Shown: piece by piece, positions 36,620 through 49,786 of the stretch
How the letters are laid out: every line of letters begins with the position of its first letter
Numbering within the stretch: position 1 is the first letter of the stretch
NCBI GenBank assembly: GCA_030704615.1
Contig: CM060733.1
Span: forward strand, 11,532,001-11,596,000
Direction of reading: 5' to 3'
Length of the DNA stretch: 64,000 bases
Source: Takakia lepidozioides
Lineage: Eukaryota > Plantae > Bryophyta
Notes under the pieces: generated by a model
Databases searched by the model: none
Told to the model about the DNA's origin: nothing
Seen by the model: the letters and a program-made list of their open reading frames with translations, nothing else
Position numbers and translations under genes: made by a program

Positions 36620-37891
36620 ATGCAGGTCCAAAGGGGAAAGCAGACAGAATGTTTCAGATGTGAGTCTATGGCATGCGTTGGCAATCGGGGTAAACTTGCT
36701 AATTTGCAACTGGCAGCAGCTACAGCATGCTTAGGCGCTCTGAGTATAGTGCTAGCCTCATGGTACATGTACCAACCATTTCCAAGAAGCTCCATTGCGC
36801 AATTTCAAAACGGTCAAATGGAGGAGACCATTACCAACTCGATGCTTTTTCTCAAATCGCAGCCCCAATTGCTTGCAAGATTCAACTTGAATGCACGAAG
36901 CAAACCGGTACAAAAAAGGGGGAACCAGCAACTCTCCGCACGAAGAAAGGCGCTCAAACAGCACCGTTATTTGACAGATGCCCAGCTTCTCAGAGATGCG
37001 TCTGATGCCACACTGGAACCCGTACCCTTAGGGCCACCAAGGATCGCATTCCTTTTTCTAGTGCGAGCGGAGATACCTTTTGAGGCCCTCTGGCGCAGGT
37101 TCTTCAACGAGCATCAGGGCCTATACTCGGTGTACGTGCATGCTACTCCGGGATTCGCTTTTCCTCCTGGATCTTTCTTTGCAGGAAAGGAGATCCCAAG
37201 TAGGAAACTGTTGCGGATGTCTCGAAGTCTGGTGGATGCCGTGAGAAGACTGCTAGCATATTCCCTTCTGGATCCACAGGTCAACAATGCCTGGTTTGTG
37301 AACGTCTGTGAAACAACCATTCCTCTACGCAGCTTTCCATATGTCTACAACTATCTCATCAGCTCAAAAGTGAGCTTTGTGGAGTCCTTCTACCCAGTGA
37401 GCAGATACTACAGTTGGGATACATCACCAGAATTTGAAATGAAGGATCTGAGGAAAGGGGAGGTGTGGATGGCGCTGGAGCGCAGGCATGCTGCACTCGT
37501 TGTTGCTGAATCCACCATCTACCTCAAGTTTGCAGCGCAATGCACATGGTTTTGCACTCCCGATGAGCAGTACTTCCAAACCATGCTACACCTCAAGGAT
37601 GGGGCTGGCATTGCCAACCGAACTGTAATGTACGTGGACTGGAGCGAGCCACACGGTTCTGCCCCGCGCACGTTCGATGCTACCACCACAAGCGTAACCC
37701 TCTTGCAGGACCTTCAGAGCCGCACTCGGGACACCGACGGTGCCCGCCATGATACAGCAGCTGACAACACCATCCTCTCCTGTCTCTTGAACGACGTTCC
37801 CAACTCTCCTTGTTTTCTCTTCGCCCGCAAGTTCCATGGCGACGCCTCCTCGGTGTTGCACAGTGCCACACCAGACATACTCGGCTACTGA
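36620..37891 (+). CDS. Core-2/I-branching (GT14-like, DUF266/BC10-like) glycosyltransferase, single exon; start may be 36668
   Basis: Type-II TM anchor, RIAFLFL..IPFEALW.RFF, YSVYVH, LVDAVRRLLA.SLLDP.N.WF...ETTIPL, KGEVW, C.PDEQYFQT, YVDWS, CFLFARKF. Confidence 0.93.
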   Translation: MQVQRGKQTECFRCESMACVGNRGKLANLQLAAATACLGALSIVLASWYMYQPFPRSSIAQFQNGQMEETITNSMLFLKSQPQLLARFNLNARSKPVQKRGNQQLSARRKALKQHRYLTDAQLLRDASDATLEPVPLGPPRIAFLFLVRAEIPFEALWRRFFNEHQGLYSVYVHATPGFAFPPGSFFAGKEIPSRKLLRMSRSLVDAVRRLLAYSLLDPQVNNAWFVNVCETTIPLRSFPYVYNYLISSKVSFVESFYPVSRYYSWDTSPEFEMKDLRKGEVWMALERRHAALVVAESTIYLKFAAQCTWFCTPDEQYFQTMLHLKDGAGIANRTVMYVDWSEPHGSAPRTFDATTTSVTLLQDLQSRTRDTDGARHDTAADNTILSCLLNDVPNSPCFLFARKFHGDASSVLHSATPDILGY

Positions 37892-39155
37892 ACACCACCA
37901 TTTTGCAACTGTCCATCTCCGAGACAAATTCTTCCTCGTATGTAGGATCGAAGAGCAATCCCTCATGCTCGTTAATCAACGAAGCTGGTAAGACGAAGCA
38001 GCGACACCTCAACTCTGTAGAGATTGTGGCTATTTCTGAGTTCCCAATATCACAAGTGTGCTTGTGTAAGGTATCCACAGGAGGGAGGGAGAGTCTACAA
38101 GTCTACCGCCTTGGAAACCTCAACTTTAGCAGAAAGACAAGATAGCTGTCACTGTAAGCAATGGTACACTCCTGGAGTACCCTAAGCACACCACCGCACT
38201 TGGTAGTTTGAAACCACATTAATGTGATGATCCGCTTCCATACTGACAACAATAATGTGTGATACATACACTATCCATGTTTATGGATTATTTTGTTCCA
38301 ACAGCTTAATTGGAAACACTTCTAAACTTGGAACCACATTTCGAGGAGAGGTCTTTGTCCCTAGTTACAGCAGGCTTGCAGAGTGATGAATCTGTTCAAT
38401 TCCATTGCATTCCATGCCAGAAAACTCTCAAACCTGTAGTTCCCACTAGTAAACTTTCCAAGAACAATGACAGCAATCCTTCTGTCGCAACAAGCTTGTT
38501 CACATCATCAAATAGGAAATGGCATAGCACAATGAAAGCAATCCTTCTGACGCAATAAACTTGTTCACACCATCAAATAGAAAATGACACAGCACTCTCC
38601 TGAACTACTTGCCTCAATTGCAGCACAATAATCACCACTATGTTACAAACACTTGGATCGCAGTCACAGAAGCTTCAGTGCTCCACATACAGTCAACACA
38701 CTTTAAGACAAAGAGCTGAATTATCAAACCTGTCCTCATTAAAGATTACTGCACTCAACATTAGCTTTGATGAAAGTTCCAGTCTGAAAACACATCTAAG
38801 TCTAGAAACTACAGCCTTGATGAGCTTAACTGTAAATTCTAGCCTGTGGGAAGAGCTTCAGGGGTACAAAATGTACCAAAAGGTGGACTCATTGTACAGC
38901 TACTGAGCCCTTCTCTATGGAGGGGGCAACACTCTACAACAGCAAAACAAGTCTCAGCTTTAGTTGGTTGATTCATCTTACTCTCCAAATCTCACCTTAC
39001 TAGACCTGCTAAGGTCTTTCTAGCAAAACAGGAATAATAAGACAAAAGACTCCTATGCGACAGAAATGAATGACAATCATAACCTACTGCATGACAACTT
39101 TCATCACAAACATTTGCAACAAAAATCACAGCAGCAATACAAGCTACTACTAATC

Positions 39156-42100
39156 TCAACTTTGTGCTGCCGGCGCTGCTGCTGCCTGCGTTGAGGTAGC
39201 AGCAGTAGCAGGAGCAGCAGCACTGTAGTCATACCCACTGGCAGCCACTGGAGCAGAACCATCTGCTGATTGTGCAGCATACCCTGTTTGAGGCTGACCA
39301 TATCCATAACCCTGCTGGCTGTAGCTTTGCTGCTCTCCCTGAGCTGGTTGCTGTGCATACCCATACCCTCCGTTGTATCCTTGCTGGGCATACCCTTGCT
39401 GACCATATCCTTGCTGCACATATGCAGCTGCCTGGTCCCCATAACCTCCACCTTGGGGTTGCTGGTAGCCCTGATAATAACCCTGCTGGCTGTAGCCATA
39501 GCCTGATGCATCACTAGCTGCAGCACCAGCCTGTGGGGTTTGCTGTACCTACAGAACATCGATTGACCAGTCAAGCTGTGTCTAGAAATCACTAACAGAG
39601 AATGGTCGAGTACAGCTGCCAACCAAATGACAAATCCCACACTTTCAGGAACCAGGATTGATAAAACCGACTGAGTCCACATGGAACACATTCAACCACT
39701 GTTCAAGAGACATTTTCTTCTCCATCAAAAAATCGGATAATGCCATGATCTTATAAAAGTCCCATACAAACTGATTCACCACACATGAAACAAAGAAAAC
39801 TAAAACTTCAAACAGTCAATATATGACCAGCTGCCCCACCTCGGTGGGGGTGACACATACCTGCTGCCCTTGCTGTCCATAGTAATCATAAGAGGCTTGC
39901 TGCGGCTGTGGTTGGGCAGCTGGTGCAGGTGACCGTTGATCCCAGCCAGATGCATAGGCTTGGGCAGGCTGCTGAGGATAGGCACCATAGGGCTGTGGAG
40001 GGCCTGGATATTGCTGAGGAGGACCCGGATAGGGGGTTGGTTGCTGGTACCCATAACCAGGTTGCATGGGAGGTGCAGCAGGGGGGCCCCACTGCTGTGG
40101 AGGGCCAGGAGGTCTGTACCCGCCTTGCTGATTGTAGCTCCCTGGAGGGCCCCTGGCCACACGATTCTGAAGCAAGCAACCCAACCAAAAACCCCACTGA
40201 CAGTCACCATATCGTCAAAATGGCCGAAGCAGGAGTAGGCCAAGTTCATAAACCAAACCTGAAAAGATGCCAGCATTTCTTCTTCCACACATGAGAGCAT
40301 GCAGTAGGAGCGCTCGTGACTTCCAACCTCATGTTTTCGGTGAAATGACGTGGCTAAGGACAGCTTGAACATCACATCACACAGGACGCAATGGCCGGCA
40401 CACCATACAAAACACCAAGATTGATTATATGAGGGATTGATTTTCAAGGTCACTAAACGAACAACCACAAGTCATCACGTGTAGTGAATACACACAGGGC
40501 TGGACAAATCACTCTCACCTCGTCTCCAAACATTGAGAGTGAGCTTTCTGGCTACCGGCGTAAGAGGTGTAGCCCCATCCTTCCTCAGTGCATTTAAGGT
40601 GCACCTGTTCCAGGGACTAGCCCTTTGCCCGTTCCATAGCCCGCAACGGGGCTCCAGTGGACATTCACAAACCCTTTCCACCCTACACGATTCTAGGATG
40701 CAATAATTTTGATCCACATGATGTGATCCAATCTAGTATCACAAGATTCAAAGATGGCCAATGGACAAGGCATACGAAAACTTCTTGTTGAAAAGTCCTA
40801 AAGTTGCAACACTAGAGAGGTCAACCCCACCCCGTACAGATTCTCATGGCAAACATGTGCTCATGGCATAACAAAACTGTTCATGCAGTAAATCCATTAC
40901 GACCACATTACCTGAAGAGTCAGTATCATCCACAGTCGTTATCTCACTGAGAAGTAGCCTAAAGTCAAAAAGGGTGTGCCAGATGTATCCAAAGCCTTTC
41001 TCATCAACCAAGACATTGAGATGAGCATTGTCCAAATAACCAGCTGCAAATTCTCTCCGACATATCTGCCTAACAAGCAACAACTCCCTGTTGCCTTAAT
41101 TTCTAACAAAATAAACAGAGCATTCCACAAAGCTGCCAGAGTACCAGGCGATTGCTAGTAACCTGCTGGTGATGGCAGAGATCCCCAATTACTCTGAAAG
41201 AAATGTGAGATTCCTTCACACACAGCTTCGAAGCAGACAAAGAGGATCACCCACTAGTGAGCTATCACTGAGTATATCTAGACAAGTTTTGGATGTTGAG
41301 ATATGGGGGAATATTTCTAGAAGCAAATTTTCAATGCAATATTGCTTAAGCTCAATAATGACACATAAGAATCAACTGCCAGGTCTAACTCAACTGCAGG
41401 GCTCATAGAGAACACGTTGGAATCCGTACCATGCTCCAGATGGCGCACCCTCGCCTACTATTGGCTGTCAAGATTAGAGCCCATTGCAAACAATACATGG
41501 CCATAGATTTCGAAATACAACAGCAGACTGTACAAATTGAAACAGTCTGGCCAACTAGCAAGAAGGTTTTGGCTGACTCAAAAGTGATAATCAGGCTGTC
41601 CCTAAATGTTATACAGAGAACATTGCAAAATAGCAAGTTCGAGTGGGGATACAAAGACTACAACAAGCTATACTTCTGACACAGTTGAGAGTTAAGCAGC
41701 ACCACACACATCCACAAAAGAATGTTGAGTAATTTTCCGACTTACTGTGGGCCCTTAAGAATACTCATACAAGATATTCAGCTGAGGAATCACAAGCATC
41801 CAGATTGAAAATTGTAATCAAAACACCATCATACCAACCAGTATCAACCAACACATCCAAGCAAAAGGGCCACAACAATGTACCTCATCAATCACTTCCT
41901 TGATCAGATCATGGGCCATGTCCGTTGCTTTCTTATTGCCTATCAAGGTCACAATCCTTTCAGTAGCCCCAGGTTCAGTCTCTCCATCATTCTGGACCTG
42001 CAAGAAACAGGATCACACGACATTAGAAACAAAAACTGAGCATTGCAAGAAAGTCAAGCCGAGGAAGAATGAGACTTCAAACACCTTACTATGATCAAAG

Positions 42101-44132
42101 TAATCATGAGCAAAACCCACAAGTGCAATCCACACCTGTATGCGCGCCCCAGACCGACTCTGCAAATTCTTGATTGTCTCCCCTCCTCTTCCAATTATCA
42201 AACCAACCTGGGAAATTTCCAGCCAAAAGATCAACTAAAAGGAAAAGGAGACCCACAATCTACAAGAAACTGTAACATAAATGACCATCAAATCACTGCC
42301 ACCTCATATCTAGAATTTTGTAAGGAGGTCAACCTTATTGTTGGGAACTTTCACTTGGATTTGCTCTCCTGGGGGACCTAGGCCCCCGAATCCGCGGGCC
42401 ACAAGAACGCCAGAGCCGCCAGCTGCGGCCTGCTGTGAAGATGCAGAGGCCCCGCAGAAACATTAGAAGACTTTAGTGACTGTTCTCCCAAGTTTCATTA
42501 GCCAGTGCAATGTCAACCAACAGGAAGCAGCTATCCCATTTTTCAAGAATCTCAATGGGACCCAAACTCACTAGGCGAAAAACCAATTCAGAGCACACTG
42601 GAAGTAAGGAGCAAATCATTATTACAAACCTCTGCAATCACTTCTTTAACAAGCTGTTCGGCGCGACTGATCTGTTCAGGGCTACCCATCAGCTCCACTT
42701 GTCGGGTTGATGAACGAGGATCTGAATCAGCATCTCGAGCTACTTGGATTCTGGCTCCTGACTGATGCTGCAAGTACTTGATTGTCTCTCCACCTTTTCC
42801 AATGACCAGTCCTACCTGAAAATAGCAGCCACCTTATATTGGCATTTACCTCCATAAATCCTAAGGTACCAATCTCAATTCGCAGGAAATGTGACACCTA
42901 CATCATCCACATTGAAGACATCGAGGACATTGACACAAAGACCATAAGGTCTCACCTAAGGGGCTACCCGTCGCATTTGCGTGAAGGGGAGAAATACCTT
43001 CGAATTAGGAACATCAATTTTCCTTGATTGTGCAGACGCCCCTTGATGACTGTTGTAGTACTGGGGAGACTGATGGTACTCCTGAGGAGGTGGATGCTGG
43101 TGCTGATGCTCTTCACGTGGCATATCCTGTCCAATGTTGTGATCTGGTGCATCAGCCGGTCAGTAAGTAACATAACTAGTTCCAGACACCAGTTGTACTC
43201 TCTAGCCATCTGAAATGGGTTGCTGAGTACTCGATCCGTCCCTTTGCCGGCATGAATAACTTCAAGATCTAACTTCACACTGTTTCAAGAAGAGCCTGAC
43301 ATCCCTAAACAGCTAAGAAAGACTTCTGGATAAAGTAGATATAGATAGACATTCAGTTTCTAGCCCAAGGACTCCTTCCCCGTCAGCTCAGTGAACGCAT
43401 TGCTATCCAACGCAATGGAGGCATAGCAACTGAGACTCCACAGACGCCGACATGGAGCCATCTAGCTTCACAGGAGAAGGGAATGCAGTCCATGGTCATG
43501 GACGACCCATAGTATAACTCCCTTCACTCGAAAGAAAATCTAAAGATTTTAGGGCAGAGAGGTGCTGCTACAAACATCTGAACAAACAAAGCAACCCCAC
43601 TAGACTAAGAAGAGAAACGAAAAGAGTTTGCACCAATATCTAGCAGCATGAGAATCGTTTACGAGAATGCATAAGTTTTGATGTACTGTCACGAGACCTT
43701 GCAATGCTGAAGTGCACATAAAGAAGGTCATCTTGTAAAAGAACATCTACGACAGAACATGAAGTCGCTCTACTTAACATCACGACGCTACGTCTCAGTG
43801 AAAACCTTACCAGGATAGCCTTGGTCCAACTCAGGGCCATTCGCCCGAGCTCCGTTCTGCTCATCCAGGCTGTCCTCCGTCCGGGGCCGCTTCCCCTCGG
43901 TACCGACTAGCCGAGCCGCAATCTGCTCCGCTCTCTGCTTTGCAAGCTCCACCTGAGTGAGAGGCGGTGGAACACTGTTATATGTAACAGGCGGGGGGGG
44001 CGCCTCTCCATCTGGAACTCCAGAAAAGGACAAAGGCTGCTCTTCAACCCCAGCATCTTCAAACTTCCGCTTATTTTCAACACGGGGAGCGTCATACTCA
44101 TCAGTAGTCGGCAATCCTCCATCATCCGCCAT
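39156..44132 (-). CDS. KH-domain RNA-binding protein, far-upstream-element-binding-protein-like, ~544 aa; exons 44132-43811, 43143-42998, 42815-42630, 42429-42334, 42207-42136, 41997-41884, 40166-39861, 39548-39156
   Basis: [13 protein letters not shown]-terminal helix; two KH domains ([36 protein letters not shown]); Q/G/Y/P-rich tail. All junctions are GT-AG and phase-consistent. Confidence 0.93.
40480..41700 (-). mobile_element. Possible old LINE remnant in KH-gene intron 6
   Basis: The intron is unusually long (1.7 kb), and RVERVCEC resembles the LINE C-terminal R.ER.C..C motif; otherwise heavily decayed. Confidence 0.3.
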
Positions 44133-45539
44133 GGCTTGCACCAACACCAACAGACAACAACACAGCTAAGGCTCGCCGCACAAAGACGCACACACGAGCA
44201 CAAACCCCAGCGAGGCGAAGACAAAGATAGAACCTCAGGCGGCTTCTCCAGTCTGTTATAAAACGAGTCCCCTTTCCGCGCTTCTCACCCGTCGATTCCC
44301 CATCTGACGGCCCCAATTAGCCTCGCAAACCCAGCGAGTTCTTCTTCTCCGTCAGTTTAGGTCTTGCGGACGGATGGATGCACGAGGATTCTGTGCTACT
44401 GTTAGAATATTTTCTGTGTATTCGCTACGCTTTTCACTATTAAAAATTTACTCACGGTGGTAGTCTTTCTCCTCTCACACTTTCCCCCCTAAAGCCGGGC
44501 ACCCGGCGCCGGCAGTCATTGCCGGCGGGTGCGGCCCGAAGGAACCTGGCCCTTCGCTTGGTCCGCCTTCGGCGCGGAACTCACACGTGTGAGATATGGG
44601 GTAGTTGGAAAGGAGACTGTAATAATTGTCCAGCCTTCTTGACAGGCTGCCTCCTTCACACAGACGAGCTCATAGGCACACGCCTCCACTCCTTGTTGCA
44701 GATTAGGAGCTGAATGAGAGAGTCGTGGTAACTTCTATACGTGTTGTCGGGTCCCTGAGACCACGCGGACTGGAACGACCTCTTGTCTTCAGTCGTAAAA
44801 GATATCATATTCTATATTTGATTCTTGCTGGTGTCGAATTCTAACAGGTTCGAACCTGTCAATGCAAGCCAGGATAAGTAGCGCTCTAGATATGCAAAAC
44901 GAACTGTGAGCTGCTCAATGATTTCCACCTGTCTCTGCAGCGCTTTCCTTTCTTCGCTGATTCCGACTATCGCACTTGCGACTTTAGGCTCTTCCGGATC
45001 AACTTATTGTTGACAGAGAACAACTCCCGCTGCCGATTCCAAGGCCTACATGTTAAGAGGCTCTTCAGGCTAGAGTGTGGATATGACGAATATTGTAAGT
45101 AACCTCGCTCGAATGTTACACTCACTTGATGTTGTAGTTCCGCCGATCCTACACGGGGGATTTTTCGATTCAACTGATAATTCAAATTTGACAGTGGCCA
45201 AGTGATTTCCGTGATCTAAATAGTGGGGTTCCCTCATATTCGCTCAAAAATAGAGTAATCTTGAGAATTTCCCCAAATGACCATAGGCTGGCGGAAACAT
45301 TGATGTCGGTACTGAAAGGTTGAAGCCTGAACACCATATATGTAAGTGACGAGTGGAAGAGACGTTGCCTGGAAGATTTGTAGGACTCTATGCGAAACTA
45401 GGCAACCTGGGCTGATCAACTGCCTCATGAATGCTCAAATTGGCTCTAATTTTCTATGACTACCATAGAACTGTGCTCATGTACCACTCTAGATATACCT
45501 TCTGGATATCTGCATCTGAACGCTGCCTAAAGCCTCTCC

Positions 45540-48521
45540 CAAGGTCAAGGTTGTTCCTGCCGATATGCACACACACAATTCATCTGTCTTTGACCCAGCT
45601 TTCTTAGCAGCTGGGGTTGTGTGAGGTCCCTTATTGGCAAATCAACTGAGGCTTAGTGGGTCAGAGGTCCTACAATCTAGCTGCCTCTTCATATCAGAAT
45701 GTCATTATTCTCACAATGCAGGTCACCATGTTCCTAAGTGTCTTTCCAGAGCCTGAACTATCTGAACTTTCTGACAGAATCTGTAGCTTTTCCAGAGACT
45801 ATTTACCTCACATGGAGGCGTGCAGTGCCGGATAGTGCAGTATCGGATGGTCCCTAAAGTGCATGGATATGACTGTTGTGACTACTGTGAAGTACTGATG
45901 TCCTCTACCGCAGACCAAATTGATGCATGTACTCACATTTGTAGTATCAAGTTCAGAACTGAGTTACCTGTAGACGGTCTATGTGCCAAACCAGTTATCC
46001 AGACTCAAAAGTAGCCATAACAACTGGTAGTATAAACAGAAGTCTGAGCTTTTGGGTGCAATTTGGCCAGTACCTCTACAGCACGCATATAATTTCCAGC
46101 TTAAATTGGACCAGGCTAGCTATCATGATGGTTGTCAGTTGACGACTTCCATGTAGACTTTGACTGGATGTCTTTCCAAGCTATCAACATCAGGAAATCT
46201 ATCAATGGGATATTGGGCTGTGTAATTAGCTGTTACAAGTACTGTGTGGTATCCTTGAACGCCTCTGCAAACATGACAGTTGTTGAGTTGTGCTAAGATC
46301 CCATGGACCTTCTTGCGAGCTAACTCCACTGCAACTGTGGTATTGTGGGGAGGACATTTGCAGCTCTATCCCGTGTGTCAGCTATGGCCACCTTCCAAAG
46401 CCCCTCTCAAACCAAGATCGGATGCACGGTGTTCTTCCATGGCTTGCATTTTCTGGTGGACAGGTTCCACTTAACAGGACATGGGTGAGTTGCTGAGCAA
46501 AACACTCTTCCACAACCAAGAAGATACTACTTGTTGTGGATGATGTTGGTAGCCTCAAGTAGCTCAATGATTTGTCGTTCCACTAGAGGGTTTGCGCCAA
46601 ATGGTAGCAAAGTGTTTGTGATTTGTCAAGATTGTGGACTTATTCTGAGCTATGTGGGTGAGAATGGGACGTTTGAGATGGTGTGTTCCTCAACCTAGCA
46701 CATGCAAAGCACATCTTTTCTTTGCGTGCATTCAACAATGGGGACCATGGAAGGAAAAAGTTCAAAACAATTGCACACTGAATTGTGACTGCTTGTGCAG
46801 GACATCCTTTGACTCTGTAGGTTGTGGGTGCGTTCCTCGCATCAAAGATAGTATAGCGGTTTGGGAAGAGGCAGAATGCAGGTTGGAGCAAGCACAATCT
46901 TTGCTAGATGGAGATAATGACAGGCTGTGGAGACGATTCAGAATCATTTGTGGAAAAGCTACCGAAGTCCATTGGTGCTCAAAATGGCCTTCAAACCATC
47001 TCTCTTGGTGTGACAAGCTAGAAAATTTGTCAGAGTCCATTGGAGAGCTCAAACGGCTGGAAACTCTCATTTTGACTGGATGTGAGAAGTTGGAAAAGCT
47101 ACCAGAGTCCATTGGTGCTTTAAGAGAGCTTCAAACCCTCGATTTGTTCGGGTGGAAGAAGCTGGAAAATTTGCCAGAGTCCATTGGTGAGGTAAAACGG
47201 CTGGAAACTCTGATTTTGACGGGGTGTGAGAAGCTGGAAGATCTACCAGAGTTCTTTAGTGAGCTCAAAAGGCTGAAACTTCTCGATTTGTCTGGGTGTG
47301 AGAATGTTGAGAGGTTGCCAAAGTCCATTGGTGCGATCAAACGGCTGGAAACTCTGATTTTGACTGGGTGTGAGAAGTTGGTAAAGCTACCGGGGTCCAT
47401 TGGTGCTCTAAGAGAGCTTCAAAGCCTTGATTTGTCTTGGTGTGACAAGTTGGAAAACTTGCCAAAGTCCATTGGCGAGTTCAAACGGCTGAAAACTCTG
47501 ATTTTGACTGGGTGTGAGAAGTTGGAAAAGCTACCGAAGTCCATTGGTGCTCTAAGAGAGCTTCAAACCCTTGATTTGTTTGGGTGTGAGAAGTTGGAAA
47601 AGCTACCAAATTCCATTGGTGCCCTAAAAGAGTTTCAAACCCTCGACTTGTCTGGGTGTAAGAAGTTGAAAAAATTGCCAGCATCCATTGGTAAGTTGAA
47701 ACGGTTGGAAACTCTCATTTTGACTAGGTGTGAGAAGTTGGAAGAACTACCAAAGTCCATCGGTGCTCTTAGAGAACTTCAAACCCTTGATTTATCTGGG
47801 TGTGAGAAGCTGGAAAACTTGCCACGGTCCATTGGTGAACTCAAAGAGTTGTGAACTCAAAGAGTTGGAAACTCTCATTTGTATTGGGTGTGAGAAGCTG
47901 GAAATTCTTCCAACGAACTTCGGTGCGCTTAAAAGGCTGAAACGTCTCTATTTGTCTGATTGTAAGAGGCTGGGAAATTTGCCCAAGGCCATTGGTGAGC
48001 ACAAAGAGTTGGAAACTCTCATTTTCACTGGGTCTAAGAAGCTGGAAAACTTACCAGAGTCCATTGGTGTGCTGAGAGTGCTTCAGACTCGCATTTTGAC
48101 AGAGTGTGAGAAGTTGGAAAATCTACCAAATTCCATTGGTATTTTATACGAGCTTCAAACCCTCGATTTATCTGGGTGTGACAAGCTGGAACTTTTGCCA
48201 AAGTCCATCGGTGATCTCAAACAACTGGAATCTCTCATTTTGACTGGGTGTGAGAAGCTGAAAAATCTACCAGAGTTTTTTGGTGAGCTCAAAAAGCGGA
48301 AAAGTCTCCATTTGTTTGAGTGTGAGAAGTTAGAGAAGTTACCAGAGTCCATTGCGGAGCTCAAAGAGCCGGAATCTCTCATTTTGACTAGGTGTTCAAA
48401 CTTGGAAAACTTGCCAAAGTGTATTGGAGAGTTCAAAAAGTTGAAACTTCTCAATTTGTCCAGGTGTGGGAAGTTGGAGAATTTTATGAGATCAATCGAA
48501 ATTCGTTCAATGGGCCAATGA
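45540..48521 (+). pseudogene. NLR (NB-ARC-LRR) immune receptor pseudogene
   Basis: Kinase-2 KKILLVVDDV (46518-46547) followed by a stop; RNBS-B-like GSKVFV; AKHIFSLRAF; GLPL-like CAGHPLTL*VVGAFL (~46794); WHD/MHD region deleted; ~20 24-aa LRRs (LPESIGELKRLETLILTGCEKLEK); frameshift from a 16-bp duplication at 47835-47866. 5' boundary uncertain. Confidence 0.88.
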
Positions 48522-48945
48522 GGCGTTCAAGTTTCATCCAATTTTGTTCATTGCGAAAAAAAAATCATGTCATGGGTGAACGGTCAATATAACAAATGAT
48601 GCAACATCACATTAAGACGTGATGAGTTTTGAACTTGCCATTGATTGACTTGTCGGGTAGTATCCATCAATTCTTGGCTTGTCACATGTACACTGGATAT
48701 GACTTCAGTCACCAATAAGTTCTTCAATCTATACAATACAAGATAAAAAGAGGTAAGAGAATAAACATTCCATCATCTCAGTCATTTGGACATTATGTAC
48801 ATTTATATTTCAATCCAAATTGAACTACAAATACTCAACTACAACAAATGATAGAACTGAAATGTGAGGCCAATTTCGAAACGAGAGACTCATTTATGAA
48901 GATTGAAAACCTCTTATGGAAAATGAAAGAAAATTAGCATTTGAA

Positions 48946-49255
48946 TCATCTCAAACAAAAATACCTGTTGTGTTCCTCAATGGATTGTGACCAATTTTCG
49001 AGCTTCTCCATGCTGAACCCTTCAAGTTTGCCAATGGACTTTGGCAACTTTTCAATAATCTTGCATCCATACAAATTGAGCATTTGCAATGCTTTGCACT
49101 CGCTGATGGATTGTGAAAGCATTATCAATTTCTCGCAATTGAATAAACTGAGCAGCTCTAGCTCCTCAAGTTGGCGATGGATTCCGGCAAATTCTGGAGA
49201 CTCTTGCATCCAAATAGATTGAGAGCTTTCAACCCTTTCAGTTCACCAATGGAAA
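48946..49255 (-). pseudogene. Inverted fragment of NLR-type LRRs
   Basis: IGELKGLKALNLFGCKSLQNLPESI, CKALQMLNLYGCKIIEKLPKSIGKL; frameshifted. Confidence 0.8.
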
Positions 49256-49281
49256 CCCTCTCTCACCTCCTCTTTGGTGCG

Positions 49282-49689
49282 CACTACAACTCGAAAAAGA
49301 GGGGGAGGGTGCTGCAGGCACTTAGGGAAAAACGAAGACGATGCGTGGGGTGCACCGTCGTGCGACGCCTGGTGGCGCCCCGCATTTTTTCAAAAAATTT
49401 GGTAGGGCCTTGCGAACCCCGGCCGTCGCACGGCCAGAAAACCGTCGCAAGCCGGGGTTGCGATGCCAGGCCGTAGCAGGGTATAAAAACCCGTCGCAAG
49501 CCCCACATTGTGACGGTGGGGGGCTGCAATGTGGGACTTGCCCTCCGCCTTATTATAAGCTAGGCAAATTGGGGATTTTAGGTTTAGGGCTTAAAGATTT
49601 TTAGGAAGTTTTGGGTTTCAAAGGATAGTTGTAATTAGGATACACATATCCAGAAAAGTGGTTAAACCAGTGCTTGCAGACATGTAGTG
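49282..49689. mobile_element. CACTA-like non-autonomous transposon remnant
   Basis: Starts cactacaa; repeated ccgtcgca/tgcga subterminal motifs at 49355-49520; possible right end tgtagtg at 49683-49689, but no 3-bp TSD (gcg/ctt). Confidence 0.5.
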
Positions 49690-49786
49690 CTTGAGAGAGT
49701 GGTGCAATAAATAGCCTGTTTTTCAATTGTTCCTGGTGAAGCTGATGATCCCACAATGCTTATTCATTAGAGAAAAGTGCACAAAA

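Noticed and set aside
44493-44560. GC-rich short inverted repeats (gccgggcacccggc, gccggca..tgccggc)
   Set aside because: Short stems in the KH-gene upstream region; no RNA-gene features and could be chance.
46990-48480. Regular repeat arrays (here and in the PPR loci) as CRISPR-like arrays
   Set aside because: They are protein-coding LRR/PPR repeats without unique spacers, in eukaryotic DNA.
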